Source of the DNA: Callorhinchus milii
Lineage: Eukaryota
Length of the DNA: 64,000 nt
Direction of reading: 5' to 3'
NCBI RefSeq assembly: GCF_018977255.1
Contig: NW_024704742.1
Location: forward strand, 100,752,001 to 100,816,000
Positions within the stretch are counted from its first letter, which is position 1. Each line of letters opens with the position of its first letter. The position numbers and the translations under genes were made by a program. Below the pieces are notes generated by a model. That model worked only from the letters and a program-made list of their open reading frames with translations, made no database searches and had not been told where the DNA came from. Below are positions 24,724 through 37,469 of this stretch, piece by piece.

Positions 24724-26374
24724 CACTTTCCTCTCTCCATAGATACTGCCTGACCTGCTGAGTTTTCCCAGCTCTCTCTGTTTTTGATAAAGATTGGTAC
24801 AATGCCTCCTCAATGCCAAAAAATTAGTTGCTTGGTGATGGGAGAAAAGAAGGAAATGCAACAAGAAAAGTGAAAGAATGACATTTTGAAGCTGTGCTTT
24901 TCGTTTTCAAGATGTGGGAACTTGTTGGAACTATTCACTTTGAGTATATGAACTCAAAACTAAAGTTATTTAAAATGGACTCAATCCAGTTTACACATCA
25001 CTGCAGCCAATAAATGTAAACATTCAAAAGCATCCAAAATTCTTACATTTGTGGCTAAGGAGATTCGTGTGATCTCATACTTGATATTGGCTTTAGAAAG
25101 GTACTTCAGGGCAGTGGTCTTGTCAAAATATACATACAGGCACAGCTCCATCTCAACAAAAGTCAAAAAGATTCCAGATTAACAAGTGTCAACTGTTGTT
25201 TCAAACGCTAAATACAACCACTCTATCCGCTTGGGTTTTCGATTGCAGTCAAAGATACTTCAAGATCTCGATCACAAGGCAGATATGGTATACCTTGGAT
25301 TACTCTGGCTTTGCCAGATCCATCTCCTTAAAACCAATTCAATCCAGAGATATCCCACTCACCGCCCAACTAAGCAGAATATTTTAAAACACTGCACTCA
25401 TTTGTCACCTGAAACTCAAATGCTTTCAGACCGAAGTCTAATGCTTAACCATATTAGGCACCAGAGGTCACACCTGTCTTTACAGCAGCAGCATCTATCA
25501 AGCTTATTGAGACCAGCAATTTTCAAACAGCTGTTTTGTGGACATCTCATGTTTCAAAAAACAGATATTTCATAATCTGCTGAAAATATCAAGTGTCCTA
25601 CAATGGGTGGATCTCACCTTGAGCCACCAACAGAAACAACACTTATTCGGATCACTTCATTTATATTAGAGGACCACTTTGGCAGCTTTGGCTTCCAACA
25701 ACTCCACTGTTGTTGGTCCTGGAACCATCACCAAGAATTGAAATCATCTGTAGAGCCTAGCTGTATGGAAGGTCATCCTTTTGGAAGTCAGGTTTGGTTT
25801 TCACTGCTCAATTTAGACGTGGTGTTGCAGGATGGTGCCTTTGGCACCTAAGAATGTGGAGACGTGTCAGCCCATGAAGACAGGGCTTTCCATATTCCTG
25901 TCACCAGTCTTTGGATTAAGTCAGCAGTCCTTAAACAGATGACGTGGGCCCAATTATTTTTTTAAACTTAAATTGTTTTCTTTAAAATAAGATTTTAAAA
26001 CAATTTGTTATGGTCTCTGCTTGCACCCCTTAGTAGAGATTTAACAGCACATAATTTATTATTTTTATTCCAGCATGCAGGGTAATTTCTTCTTATGTAT
26101 ACATCTAAGTACATAAATAAGTGCAGCCGGGAATATTGACAACAAGTTGACTTAAGTGGTCATAAGTTAAGCCAGAGTTGCATTACCGTGAGTTTACTGT
26201 AAATGCAAAATTGCACATTTCCATAACCTGTGGAATAATTAGCACTCTGCTATCAAAAAAAGACATCTCAAAAGCACTACAGGGCACAATCTGCGAGAAC
26301 TCATACAAATGCACTTGAAGTTGAATTTTAACCTCAGTGATTGTGCCACATGCTGCCTTCCTTCATTGTGTATC

Positions 26375-26765
26375 AGCCTCGCTCAGTGGTAGCACGTTCA
26401 CTTCTGAGTCAGAAGCTTGTGGGTTCGAGACCCACGTCAGGATTCACATAATCTAAGATGACTTTCAAATGCGGTGCTAGGAATGTGTCGATTGTCAGAG
26501 GTGCCGTCCTTCAGATAGGACGTTAAACTGAGATTCCATGTGCCTGTAGAGCTGGACATTAAAGATCCCAAGGCATTAGTCTAAATGAGAAGGGAGTTTC
26601 CCTCAGGTGTCCTGGACAACAATCCCCCAAATAAAATTGGTCACTCGCTCCATGGATATTTGTGGGATATTGGAAAATTGTCTGCTGCATTTCGCCCACG
26701 AAATACACAGTTAAACCATTTTACTATATATCCTGTGAAGCGCTTTGAGACAGCTCAGTGATGTG
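26375..26765 (+). mobile_element. Older DeuSINE-type element (second SINE family); tail resumes after an L2 insertion at ~27230-27268
   Basis: Head gctcagtggtagcacg..ctgagtcagaag..gggttcgagaccc; ggtgccgtccttcagataggacgttaaac; degenerate Deu core. Confidence 0.8.
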
Positions 26766-26769
26766 AATT

Positions 26770-27229
26770 GCAGCATCCTCGCCCAACCACTGGCTTCCCA
26801 TCACTCAGAGAATACAGTTCCAGATCCTGATTCTCACCTTCAAAGCCCTCCATGTCCTTGCTCTTCCCTTCCTCTGCGACTTNCCTGCCAACCTGCCCGC
26901 TTCCTCCGCTCAGCGGGCTCTGGTCTGCTTCATGTCCCCTGGCTCGCCCGCCCCACCAATGGCAGGTGAGCCTTCACCCACTTTGCCCCCACCCTCTGGA
27001 ACTCCATCGCGCAGTCCCTCCACCTCACCCCCCTCCCTTGCCTCCTTCAAGACCCATCTCAAGACCCCCCTCTTCAAACGGGCTTTCAATCACCCTACTT
27101 CCTCCCTGCCCTCCACCCTCCCCAATCCCAACCCCCAGCTCGAGTCCGAAACACTCATTGCACAGTGCCTTGGGATGTCCTCCTGATGTGAAAGGCGCTA
27201 TACAATTGTAATTTTGTTGCTGTTGTTGT
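26770..27229 (+). mobile_element. L2 LINE 3' fragment
   Basis: SLASFKTHLKTPLFKRAF; gtgaaaggcgctatacaattg(GTT)n tail. Confidence 0.88.
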
Positions 27230-27559
27230 AATATGGTGCTATATCAAATGGAAGGATTATTATTATTCCATGCTTGCAAGCCATTATCAAAACTTAAAAG
27301 CTCACAAAAACGCAAAGGGATACAAGACAGATCAATTGCAAATATGGGTATGTTCTGATCCTAATCTATCACGGGAAAGCACACTACCCGAATCACCCAT
27401 CATATCTTCCTGAGATGCGCAAGTAGTCCTCAGATCAAGCAATTAAACAATATCACTGATGTTTGTTATATGGTGGGGGGTAGAGGGGGTGGGAGGATTT
27501 AGTCACTCTCTTCCTTGGAGCCTCCAACACTCTGCTCTGTGTATGTTCTGGCCTCAGTT

Positions 27560-29030
27560 TATACTCATCAACCACTCCCTGTCACCTGGCACTGTTCCTA
27601 CACCCCTCAAAACAGCCAATATCACCCCCATGTTGAAGAAACCTTCCCTCACCCATCACAGCTATCCAGCTACCGGCCCATCTCCCACCGCCCTTTTCTG
27701 TCTAAAGTTCTTGAGAGAGCCGTTGCCTCCCAGCTCAGCTCTTTCTTCTCCTCTCACTCCCTCCATGAGCCCCTCCAATTGGGTTTCTGTGCTGCCTACA
27801 GCACGAAAACTGCTCTGGTCAAGGTCACAAATGACATCCTGACCATGTGCGACCAGGGCTCCATCTGCTTCCTCGTCCTCTCCGTTGCCTTTGACACCGT
27901 GGACCACTCAATCCGCCTCCACCGCCTCTCCTCCCACCTCAACCTTCAAGGTTCGGTCCTTGACTGGTTCAGGTCTTACCTTTCACACCACCTCCACTTC
28001 ATCTCAGCAAATGGCTTCTCCTCCAGCCCCCGCATCATCTCGTGCGGCGTTCCTCAGGGCTTGTCCTCAGTCCCCGCCTCTTCACCCTCTAAATGCTCCC
28101 CCTTGGTGACATAATCCGCAAACATGGGGTAAATTTCCACATGTATGCGGATAACACCCAACTCTATCTCTCTACCTCCACCCTCAACTCCAGGACTACT
28201 GGCGTTCTGACTGACTGCGTGTCTGACATCAAGTCCTGAATGAGGGACAACTTTCTCCAACTGAAAGTCAGCAAGACCGAGGCCCTCCTGATTGGCTCGC
28301 GCCAGCGCTTTGCACCTCGGGCGCTGGCAGCATCAGCATCCACGGTTGCATACTAAGTCAGTCAGGAACCTGAGTGTCTTGTTTGATCCTGAACTGCCCT
28401 TTCTCCCCCACATACGTGCCATGACCAGCACTGCCTACCACCATCTCCGCAACATTGCCAGACTCCACCACTGCCTCACCCCTCAGGCTGCCGAAACCCT
28501 CACCCACACATCCGTCACATCAAGGCTCGATTATATAAACTCCCTCCTCATCGGCCTTTCCAACCCTTCCCTTCACAAGCTGCAGATCATCGAAAACTCT
28601 GCAGCTCATGTACTCTCACGCACCAGGCTCCGTGACCCCATCAATCCCACCCTCGCCCGACTCCCCATCCCTTGATCGAATTCAAGATCCTCGTCCTCAA
28701 TTTCAAGGCCATCCATGGCTTTGCCCCCTCCTACCTCTCTGACCTGCTGACTCCCTACCAACTTGTCCACTCCCTCCATTCAGCGGACTGCAGACTGCTC
28801 CATGTCTCCCATCCGACCCGCCCTACCATTGGTGGTCGGGCTTTCAGCCTCTCTGCCCCCACACTCTGGATCTCCATCCCAGTCCCTTGGCCTCGCTTTC
28901 TCCCTTGCCTTCTTCAAGCCGGTCTCAAGACCCTCCTTTTTGATCATGCCTTCGTACACCCTCCCACCTCTCTGCCTTCCCTCACCTCTACCCCACCCCA
29001 AATGTAATTTTGTTGTTGCTGTTGTTGTTG
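27560..29030 (+). mobile_element. L2 LINE ORF2 RT fragment, decayed
   Basis: YRPISHRPFLSKVLERAVASQL, STKTALVKVTNDIL, AFDTVDH, CGVPQG, HMYADN, TSRLDYINSLL; (GTT)n tail. Confidence 0.93.
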
Positions 29031-29124
29031 TACTGTGGGATACTGACTAAATTGGGATTCAATGCTGCTTCCTTTCCTGATCTTCCTCTTCTGAAGGTAA
29101 AGGAATACTGTTAGGAGACAGAGT

Positions 29125-29510
29125 TAATAATAATCCTTGCATTTGATATAGGTCCTTATCACGTGAAAGGTGCTATACAAATCTAATTTTGTTGTTGTTG
29201 TCTTCCAAACGTCTCAAAGAGCTTTACAGAATATACTGTAAAGTGAATTGACTATATTTTGTGGGCAAAACGTGGCAGCCAATTGTGCAAGGCAGCGTTC
29301 CACAAACAGTCATGGATTGAGTGACTACATTTTTAAAAAATCTTTTTTTTAAAAAAAAGGATTACCGCAGGAAATGCGGTCCACCAATCAACTTACTGCT
29401 TGGTAAGCAGAGATGTGTGGAGTAAGGAACCTTGCCTAACGTTTTACCTTGCCGGGAATCAAACCCAGGTCCCCTCGCTTGCGAGGCGGGTGCTCTAACC
29501 ACTAAGCTAC
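29125..29510 (-). mobile_element. tRNA/Deu SINE containing a short L2-tail insert at ~29160-29200
   Basis: aataatccttgcatttgatata tail; gcttgcgaggcgggtgctctaaccactaagctac head. Confidence 0.85.
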
Positions 29511-29799
29511 ATTAATTATTTCAGTGCTATAATTGTTTCAGTTGTTAATACAGAATATGAACTGAACCACTAGTTCCATCTGTCTCCCCCTCTCGTAGGT
29601 AATTTAAATTGAAATTAAAATGGGAAAATAAGGACTGAAATCGAGTGGTAAATTAATGTGGAAATGTAAATGCAAATATGACTGGGATTGTTAACATCTA
29701 ATACACTTACTTAACCCATACCAGGCTTTGCTGTCTCCAATATCTACAGTATTGTGGATTGGGCTCCAATTCAGTTCAGTCGCGATTTCTTGTTCTGTC

Positions 29800-29814
29800 C
29801 TGCCACCTAGTGGA
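29800..29814 (-). promoter_or_regulatory. Candidate CTCF site
   Basis: Minus strand TCCACTAGGTGGCAG, close match to CTCF core consensus, in non-repeat sequence. Confidence 0.5.
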
Positions 29815-30879
29815 GACTTGCTTTCAGATCCTCAATCACAGAAAGATTGGGAAAAATGCATGGCACCTCACAGAACTCTCCAGTTTTAAGTTATCCCCCT
29901 ATTATGCAAATACCATGTCCACTGAAGAATACAATTCAATTTAAGTGTCGTTAGGCAGAAAGAGAGCCAGTCAAGTCTCAGTATAAGGTACTTTTGATTG
30001 AAGTAAAGTTGAACAGAATTTTACATTATACAAGGTACACTAATTTATAATTAGTGCTTACCACAAATTGTAAAAATAGTGACAAAACCAGGGATGGATA
30101 ATGCCAGGGCTGACAAGTTACTATAATCAGGATAGATTGACTAGGTTCAGCATTTTTTCACTAGAGGAGACTTTTAAGAGGGGACCTAATAGCAAATTCT
30201 TGTAACTTTAGGCTTTAGCCCATCCCAACTTTAACATTACAGAAAAGGGAAGGGAGTAAATCTGCTTTGAAACTTCCCATCAATTCCTTCCTTACGAAGG
30301 AAGATACTGATTCAACCATAGGCCAGTGGGACCTCGGTTTAACATTTCATCCGAAGGATGGCACCTCCGACATTGCGACATAGCAACACCAAGGTTTGGT
30401 AAAAAAAATGGTTTTCTCAAATGTGGTTTATCAAAAGCACATAATATAAAAATCATTTGAGATGTGCATACATCTATATTTCCATTATTTTCCATACAAT
30501 TAAGTATTGCTTGGAAAAAGTAGCATTGCGGCCATCAGTAAGTGTCTCTTTTTTTTTGAGAACCACTGGCATAGACTATTGTGATTTCAAGTCCCGACGT
30601 GGGGCTTGCACCCTCAACCTTACGACTCAGAAACGACAGTGCTACCACCGAGCAGTTTACTTAAACGAGTGTTAACAAGTAAACTGATAGTGATAGGGGT
30701 TGTGGCCGCTCAGTCACACTGACAGCTGCTTGCCCTGCACAGGGTGTTGGCGTATACGTGCTCCCAGTGCCCCCCTTTGGCCAGATGGAGGACCCAGGCC
30801 TAACTCATCATATCTGATAACTCGTCGCTGAACCCTTTTCCCTTGGAGTGACAAGCTATCTGGAGTTTACTATTTTATA

Positions 30880-31140
30880 AACAATGAGATAGTGAACGAT
30901 TTGCCCCTTTGGTAGAGGGATCCATTGCAAGGGGGTATAGCCTCAAATATCAGAACCAAGCAGTTAAAATTGACGCAGGAAGTCTTCCCACCGAGGGTTA
31001 TGAAGATGTCGAATGTTCTACCCTGGAAAGCTGTAGAAACAGAATCAATAAAAATGTTTAAAAGAGACAAATGCTTGGATTCCACTGAGGTAGTAGAGGA
31101 ATTAATGTGTAAGATAAGAGTTCAGCATTTGGATGAACAG
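30880..31140 (+). mobile_element. Old CR1 3' fragment
   Basis: RVMKMSNVLPWKAVETESIKMFK resembles the CR1 ORF2 C-terminus. Confidence 0.65.
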
Positions 31141-32671
31141 ATGTGCGAAGATTATTTGAAAACACCAACAAATTACATTTGTATAGCATCTTTCAGGTCG
31201 GGAGGACATCCCAAGGAAAAGAAACAAAACACTGCTCATATCTTGTGGGGACTATAGAAATAACACACATACCCACCACTCAATATCAAAACAATACAGC
31301 GGGTGGCTTTGATCGTTTGCTTATCCCAGATGGATTCCAGGACCTTTGCATCTCCAGTAACCTGTGGGCATTTTATCTGCCTCAATTGCCTGCAACTACT
31401 TTGTAACAAAACTACTGCACCTCGAGTTCCAAGATCCACTGAGTCCATGTTGAAGTGATACTTCCAAGAAGATGCTGTGGTTGAAAAGACTCACAACAAC
31501 TGTATTTATATAGTACCTGTAACGCTGGAAAGTATTTCAAGAATGCTGCACAACTCTGGGGTTGGTCACCGAGCATGGGAGAAGGGGGAGGGAAACATGA
31601 TGGTAGGTGCAGTTGAAGAAAAATATGGTGTGGTGGCATCTGGATATCAGGCTAAGTTAAAACTTTTGTGGACAAATGAATCCTGCATTGCAATGATGTC
31701 AGTGAAAAAACAGAAAATTAAAGTGGGTTTAAACAAAAATAATCAAAATTGTGCTGAGCTTTGGTTTACTATTTGTGGCTGTACAATATAATATGGATGT
31801 TAGTGCTGTGCACCACATTTACATTGTGGATGAATTCCATAGCAGAGAAACTGCAAAAAGCAATAATAACTCTTACGTTTGATATACTGTAGTATTTATA
31901 ATGTCAAAATGGTATAAAGCACTTTACAGGTAATTAATTGCTGTCACCATGTATTTAGTCAAAACCAGCAACTATATGGTGCACAGCAACATCCCACAAA
32001 TAGACATGAAGTGAATTACCAATTTGTTTGGTAGATTATTGGTCAGGTCAACAAGACAAGCTATTTTGTTTGTGTGAACAAAGTTATGGTATATTTAACA
32101 TCTACTTGAACAGACAGAAGGGATTTTGGTTTAATGCCTTATTTGAAAAAAAATCCAATCCTGGAGCACTGTACTCAGTATTGCACTGAAATGTCAGCCT
32201 AGACTCCGAGGTCAAGTCCCAGTGTGGGGCTTGAACCTGCAACTGTATGATGAAAGTACCAAAGGGAGAAAGGAAACAACTGTGCAAAGTGGCTACGTTA
32301 TTCTGCTGTAAGATCCTGATCCTGTTCTTACGGTACTCAAAATGGTAGTGAGTTATTAATGCAGAAATTTGTTATTTTATCAACTCTTAACTTTGTAAGC
32401 AGAAGACAACCTTGCACCACACAATCAGCCAAATGTTCTCCATACAGTCAAATGTATGGTTTCTGTACACCAACATGCTGAATGTAGTCTCAACCACCAC
32501 ATGGCGCATGATCTATGAGCAGAAAAGTGTGAAAGCGTTGAAAAAATAAGTAGAAGAGAGCTGAAAAAATAAACCAGAGAAAGGTAACCAACAGCAGTGA
32601 GAGATTTACAGAAACATAATGTTAATTGTATAAGGCCAAAAAACAGGTCCAAGCTATGTAGACCCCGTATA

Positions 32672-35600
32672 TTAACATAACATGTAGGAGTAGGCCATTC
32701 GGCCCTTCGAGCCTGCTCCGCCATTCAATCATGGCTGATCTTCTAATCTAACTCCAGCTAATAACCTGACCCTGCCTTATCCCCATATCCCTTAATCCCT
32801 TTTGCAATAAGAAACCTATCTATCTCAGTCTTGAATATGTTCAAGGACTGAGCGTCAACAGCCCTTTGGGGGTAGTGAGTTCCATACATTCACCACCCTT
32901 TGAGTGAAGAAGTTCTTCCTCAACTCAGTGCGAAAGGGCTGGCCTCTGATTTTAAGGTTGTGACCCCTGGTTTTAGTTTCTCCAACCAGGGGAAACAATC
33001 TCCCACTATCTACTCTTTCATGCCCTTTGATGATTTGTGGAGTCCTGTAGCTCAGTGGTTAGAGCACTCGCTTTGCAAGTGAGAGACCTGAGTTCAATTC
33101 CAGGCAGAGGGCGAAACCTTGGGCAAGTTTCCTTACTCCACACAGAGCCTAATAATAATCCCTCCCCCAAAAAAACAATAATAAATTGGTCATTTTCAAT
33201 CTACGACTGTTTGTGGGACATTGCTGTGCGCAAATGGCTGCTGCGTTCGCCCACAAATATACAGTCAATATACTTTACAGTGTGTTCTGTGAAGTGCTTT
33301 GGGACGTCCTCCCGACGTGAAAAGCGCTATATCAGATGCAAGGATTATTATATTATTATTATTATTTATCTTATAGGTTTCTATAAGATCCCCTCTAATT
33401 CTTCTATATTCTAGAGAATATAGGCCCAATTTGGTCAGTCTATCCTTGTAACTCATCCCCTTCATCCCTGGTACTAGCCTAGTAAATCTACGCTGCACCC
33501 CCTCCAAGGCAAGTACATCCTTCCTTAAATCAGGAGACCAAAACTGCACAGAGTATTCCAGGTGTGGTCTCACCAGGGCCCTATACAGTTGCAGCAAGAC
33601 TTCCCTACTCTTATACTCTAATCCTTTCATAATGAATGCTAACATACCGTTCGCCTTCCTAATTGCTGCTGCCCTGCAGACTAACTTTCTGTGATTGGTG
33701 TACAAGGACACCCAAGTCCCTCTGGACGCTAACACATTCCAATCTCTCCCCTTCTAAAAAATAACCCGCTCTACTGTTTTTGCTACCGAGGTGGATGACT
33801 TCGCACTTCCCTACATTATACTTCATCTGCCACCTACCTGCCCAATCACCTAACCTATCTATGTCTCGCTGCATTTTTTTAATGTCGTCCTCTGTGTGGA
33901 CACTTCCTCCTAGTTTTGTGTCATCCGCGAATTTAGATATGTTAGCTTCGATGTCCTCATCTATATCGTTGATGTAGATGGTAAATAGCCGAGGCCCAAG
34001 GACTGATCCTTGTGGCACTCCACTAGTCACATCCCGCCAATCTGAAAAGGACCCGTTCATTCCTGTTCATTGTTTCCAACCCGTTAACCATTCCCCAATC
34101 CACGTTAATATGCTCCCCCCAATTCCATGGGCCCTTATCTTTTGGACTAACCTTTTATGCGGCACCTTATCGAATGCCTTCTGGAAGTCCAAATAGACCA
34201 CATCCACTGATTCACCCTTATCTAGTTTACTGGAAATATCCTCAAAAAACTCTATGAGATTTGTCAAACATGACTTCCCTTTTGTAAAGCCATGTTGACT
34301 TGGCCTAATTATATTGTGCTCCTCTAAATACCGCACTACCACATCCTTAATCAATGATTCTAAATTTTTTCCTATCACTGATGTGAGACTAACTGGCCTA
34401 TAGTTCCCCATCTTTTCCTTTCCACCTTTTTTAAATAGTGGTGTGACATTTGCGATCTTCCAATCCATGGGGACTGTTCCAGAATCCAAGGAATTTTGGA
34501 AGATCAGACACAAGGCCTCCACTATCTCATAAGCTACCTCTTTTAAAACCCTGGGATGCAAGCCATCCGGACCAGGGGATTTGTCACTTTTTAGTGCTAG
34601 CAGTTTCCCCAGCACCAATTCTCAATTCTCTTTATTAATGAAAATTTCCCTAAGTTGTTCCCTGTCCTTATCCCTTTGGTGCATCTCTATTGTTGGCAGA
34701 CTTGTTGTGTCTTCTAGGGTGAAGACAGATGGAAAGTACCCATTTAGGGACTCTGCCATGTCCTTATCCCCCATTACAACTTCTCCCGTCTCTGACTGAA
34801 GTGGACCTACATTTACCCTCACTAGCCTATTCCTCTTAATATATTTGTAAAAACTTTTACAATCTGACTTAATGTTCCTGGCTAGCTTACCCTCATACTC
34901 CTTTTTCTCGCTCTTAATGAGTTTTTTAGTTTTTTTTTGCTGGTTTCTAAAACTCTCCCAATCTTCAGATTTGCTGCTTTTTTGGTAGTTTTATAAGCTT
35001 TTTCTTTTAATTTGATGCTTTCCCTAACTGCTCTGGTTAGCCACGGATGTATTGCTTTCCCTGTGGTACTCTTATTCCGCAAGGGAATATGCAACCGCTG
35101 TGAATTTTGCACTACATCCTTAAATATTTGCCACTGTTGGTCTACATTTTTACCTCTTAATCTGATTCTCCAGTCTATTTTACCTAAATCTTTCCTCATA
35201 CCTACAAAATTAGCCTTATTTAAATTCAGACTATTTGCCTCGGATTTAACTATATCCCTCTCTAACTTAATGCAGAATTCAATCATATTGTGATCACTCT
35301 GCCCTAGAGGAATCTTAATACCTACTTTTGCCGATTTGGTTTTCCCAATCTATGTGGAGATTGAAATCACCCACTATTTATTATCGCTTTACCTTTCCTA
35401 CATGCTCCACTGATTTCTTGATTGATACCTTGCGCTATATTGTGATCACTATTTGGGGGTCTATAAACCACTCCAATTAATATTTTCTGCCCCTTATTTT
35501 TTATTTCCACCCATATTGTCTCTACCTCCTGGTCATCGGATTTCAGATCCTTCCTCTCCACTGCTTTTATTTCATCCCTAATTAACAGGGCTACCCCCCC

Positions 35601-36060
35601 ATCTTGTTTCCCACAGTGCCTATCTTTCCTGTAAACTGCCCTGGAATATTTAACTCCCACCCTAGATCTCCTTGTAACCATGTTTCAGTGATGGCTACTA
35701 GATCGTACCCATATGTGTCTATCTGTGTTTTTAATTAATCAGTTTTATTCCGAATGCTTTGAACATTCAGACATAACATTTTTAATTTCCTACCATTTCC
35801 TCTCTCTCTGATTCCTTATCTGCTTTGCCAAGCTTCTTACCCCTAATTAACATATTCCTATTATCTGGCATGCTATTCTGCACTGTCACTTTTACTTTTT
35901 CTAATGCTAACTTATGGTTTCTCTTACCTATATATTCCCCCCTTTTACTAGTTTAAATTCCTATTTACCTCCCTGTTAATTCATTTAGCTAGGACATTTG
36001 TCCCAGCCCGATTTAAATGCAGTCCATTTCTCTGAAAGAGCTCTCTTATCCCCCAATACT
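32672..36060 (-). mobile_element. CR1 LINE: end of ORF1 (esterase-like), whole ORF2 span (APE plus RT, disrupted) and 3' UTR
   Basis: YWGIRELFQRNGLHLNRAGTNVLA near 36050; [72 protein letters not shown]; multiple frameshifts and stops. Confidence 0.96.
33037..33367 (+). mobile_element. Young full-length tRNA(Ala-like)-derived SINE with Deu-like core and L2 tail, inserted in CR1
   Basis: A box TAGCTCAGTGG, anticodon arm ctcgc-tttgcaa-gtgag, B box GTTCAATTCC, tgtgggacattgctgtgcgcaaatggctgc, (ATT)n tail. Confidence 0.93.
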
Positions 36061-36631
36061 TGATGTATGAATCATTTCAAATGTTTAGCACTGACATCTG
36101 GTACATTACTTTTTTTAAAAAATGCTTATATCTTTAAGATTTTAATATTAAAATGCAACTTTTAACTAATTTAGTTAACACTTGATCATTGAAACACATG
36201 GGCGAACACAAAACACCTGACAACTTACTCAGTACTCTGCCCCTCATGTGTTTGCTGGCAAATTTCACTCAATCAACTGTATTCACAATATTTCACTCAG
36301 TAACTTTTACATTTCAACTAGCTCTGATAACTCTCAGTCACTTAACTACAGCATTCTCATCATCCCACTGATGGTCACTGCATCACATCATTGAGCATGT
36401 AATAAAACTCTTCTATTGATTGCTAACAAATCTCAATTAATATCAAAGAGGGCAAGATTAATAATACACATCATTTTCAACTGGGTAATGACATGAATGC
36501 TCTGCTTTAAAAAAATCTACTGCCAGTTCTTCATTCTAATTCCATAATAAAATATGCCCAATGTAAATTTCTAAAGTAATGCAAACATTTCACTGATTAT
36601 GCTCTAAAGTAATGCAAACATTTCGCTGATT

Positions 36632-36912
36632 ATTTTGGGGTTAGCCAGGTAGGTGTCTGATACATGCAGAAACCCATTACCATGCTTAAAAGTAGGCAGA
36701 GTTCCACATATGTATGCTACATAAGCATGCAAATCCTTGTGTCTGAAATGGACGCTCGTTCCCTGAAAGGACACATTCTGCTTACCTAATCGCAGAGAAT
36801 ATTGGGCGGAAAGTATTAGGTTCAGGTTGGCATGAGCCAAGGCTTGGGGACCCCAGAGTCCTCCAAAGAGACCCTGCTTACCTTCCCTCCCTCAGTAAAG
36901 TAGTCACCAGAC
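36632..36912 (-). repeat. Internally deleted copy of the unclassified ~600-bp repeat
   Basis: Carries both the 3' part (aagtattaggttcaggttggcatgagccaaggcttg) and the 5' part (gagaccctgcttacct) of 9125-9735, joined. Confidence 0.65.
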
Positions 36913-37469
36913 TAACAGATACCTTATTTGAAATAAAACAGATGTTTTTGAGACGTTAAGGTCTGCACTTTTCCTTTAGCTATAAACTTACATTGTATTA
37001 CTGAATCACGTTGTGTACATATGCAGCTCTTTACAGAAGAGGAAGATAGTAACGAGCAAATGTGATTGGAACCTCTGCACTTCTCATGTGTGCGTTAAGT
37101 TATGCACGTGAGGAAAATTAAAGAAATTTGGTGCCCTAACAGCATGGTAACACTCAAATTCAGAAGCTAAATGCAAAATAAAACAGTATTTGTTTCTCTC
37201 ATTGCTGCGGTTTACTGGGAATGTTTCTGTGGGACACCGCTGTAAATAAATAAATAAAATAATAATTTGGTCACTTATTACATGACTGTTTGTGGGACAC
37301 TGCTGTGCACAAACGGCTGCCGCGTTTTGCCCACAAAATACACAGTCAATTCACTTCACAGCACATTCTGTGTGAGTTGGGGGGAAATCGGGGCATTGAG
37401 ATGAACCTGGTTTTATCAGAACTCTAGAATTACAAACCGATGCATTGAGGTGGTGGTGTGTTTTCCCTT

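Larger units (their letters stand above)
23097..24786 (+). mobile_element. 5'-truncated Penelope-like retroelement (RT C-terminus plus GIY-YIG endonuclease, Neptune-like) with inverted terminal repeats
   Basis: Frameshifted plus-strand TDIFYKPTNSHSY, LVLTYHP, FPCQRRRCNT, NVVYCIRCSRYGLLYIGETKRRLGDRFAEHLRSV; ~23130-23310 is the reverse complement of ~24600-24786; 16-bp duplication ataaagattggtacaa at 23081-23096 and 24787-24802. Confidence 0.93.
22879..24835. mobile_element. Possible short non-autonomous hAT-like DNA transposon remnant (22879-23096 plus ~24803-24835) split by the Penelope element
   Basis: Left end ctgtggtgaccaacctgtggctcgcaggcc resembles hAT/Charlie-type termini; right end degenerate, no clean TIR or TSD seen. 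Confidence 0.3.

Noticed and set aside
25200..25330. Minus-strand QGIPYLPCDRD resembling a DNA-transposase motif
   Set aside because: Single short motif amid stops; no supporting upstream motifs or termini seen, and a profile search would be needed
32390..32512. Minus-strand IMRHVVVETTFSMLVYR.. after a strong acceptor, as exon 2 or a Harbinger transposase relic
   Set aside because: Hits a stop before any good donor; transposase similarity too weak to call by eye
33040..33110. tRNA-Ala gene (also the other SINE heads)
   Set aside because: Runs into a Deu core and L2 tail with no proper acceptor stem or terminator; these are SINE heads
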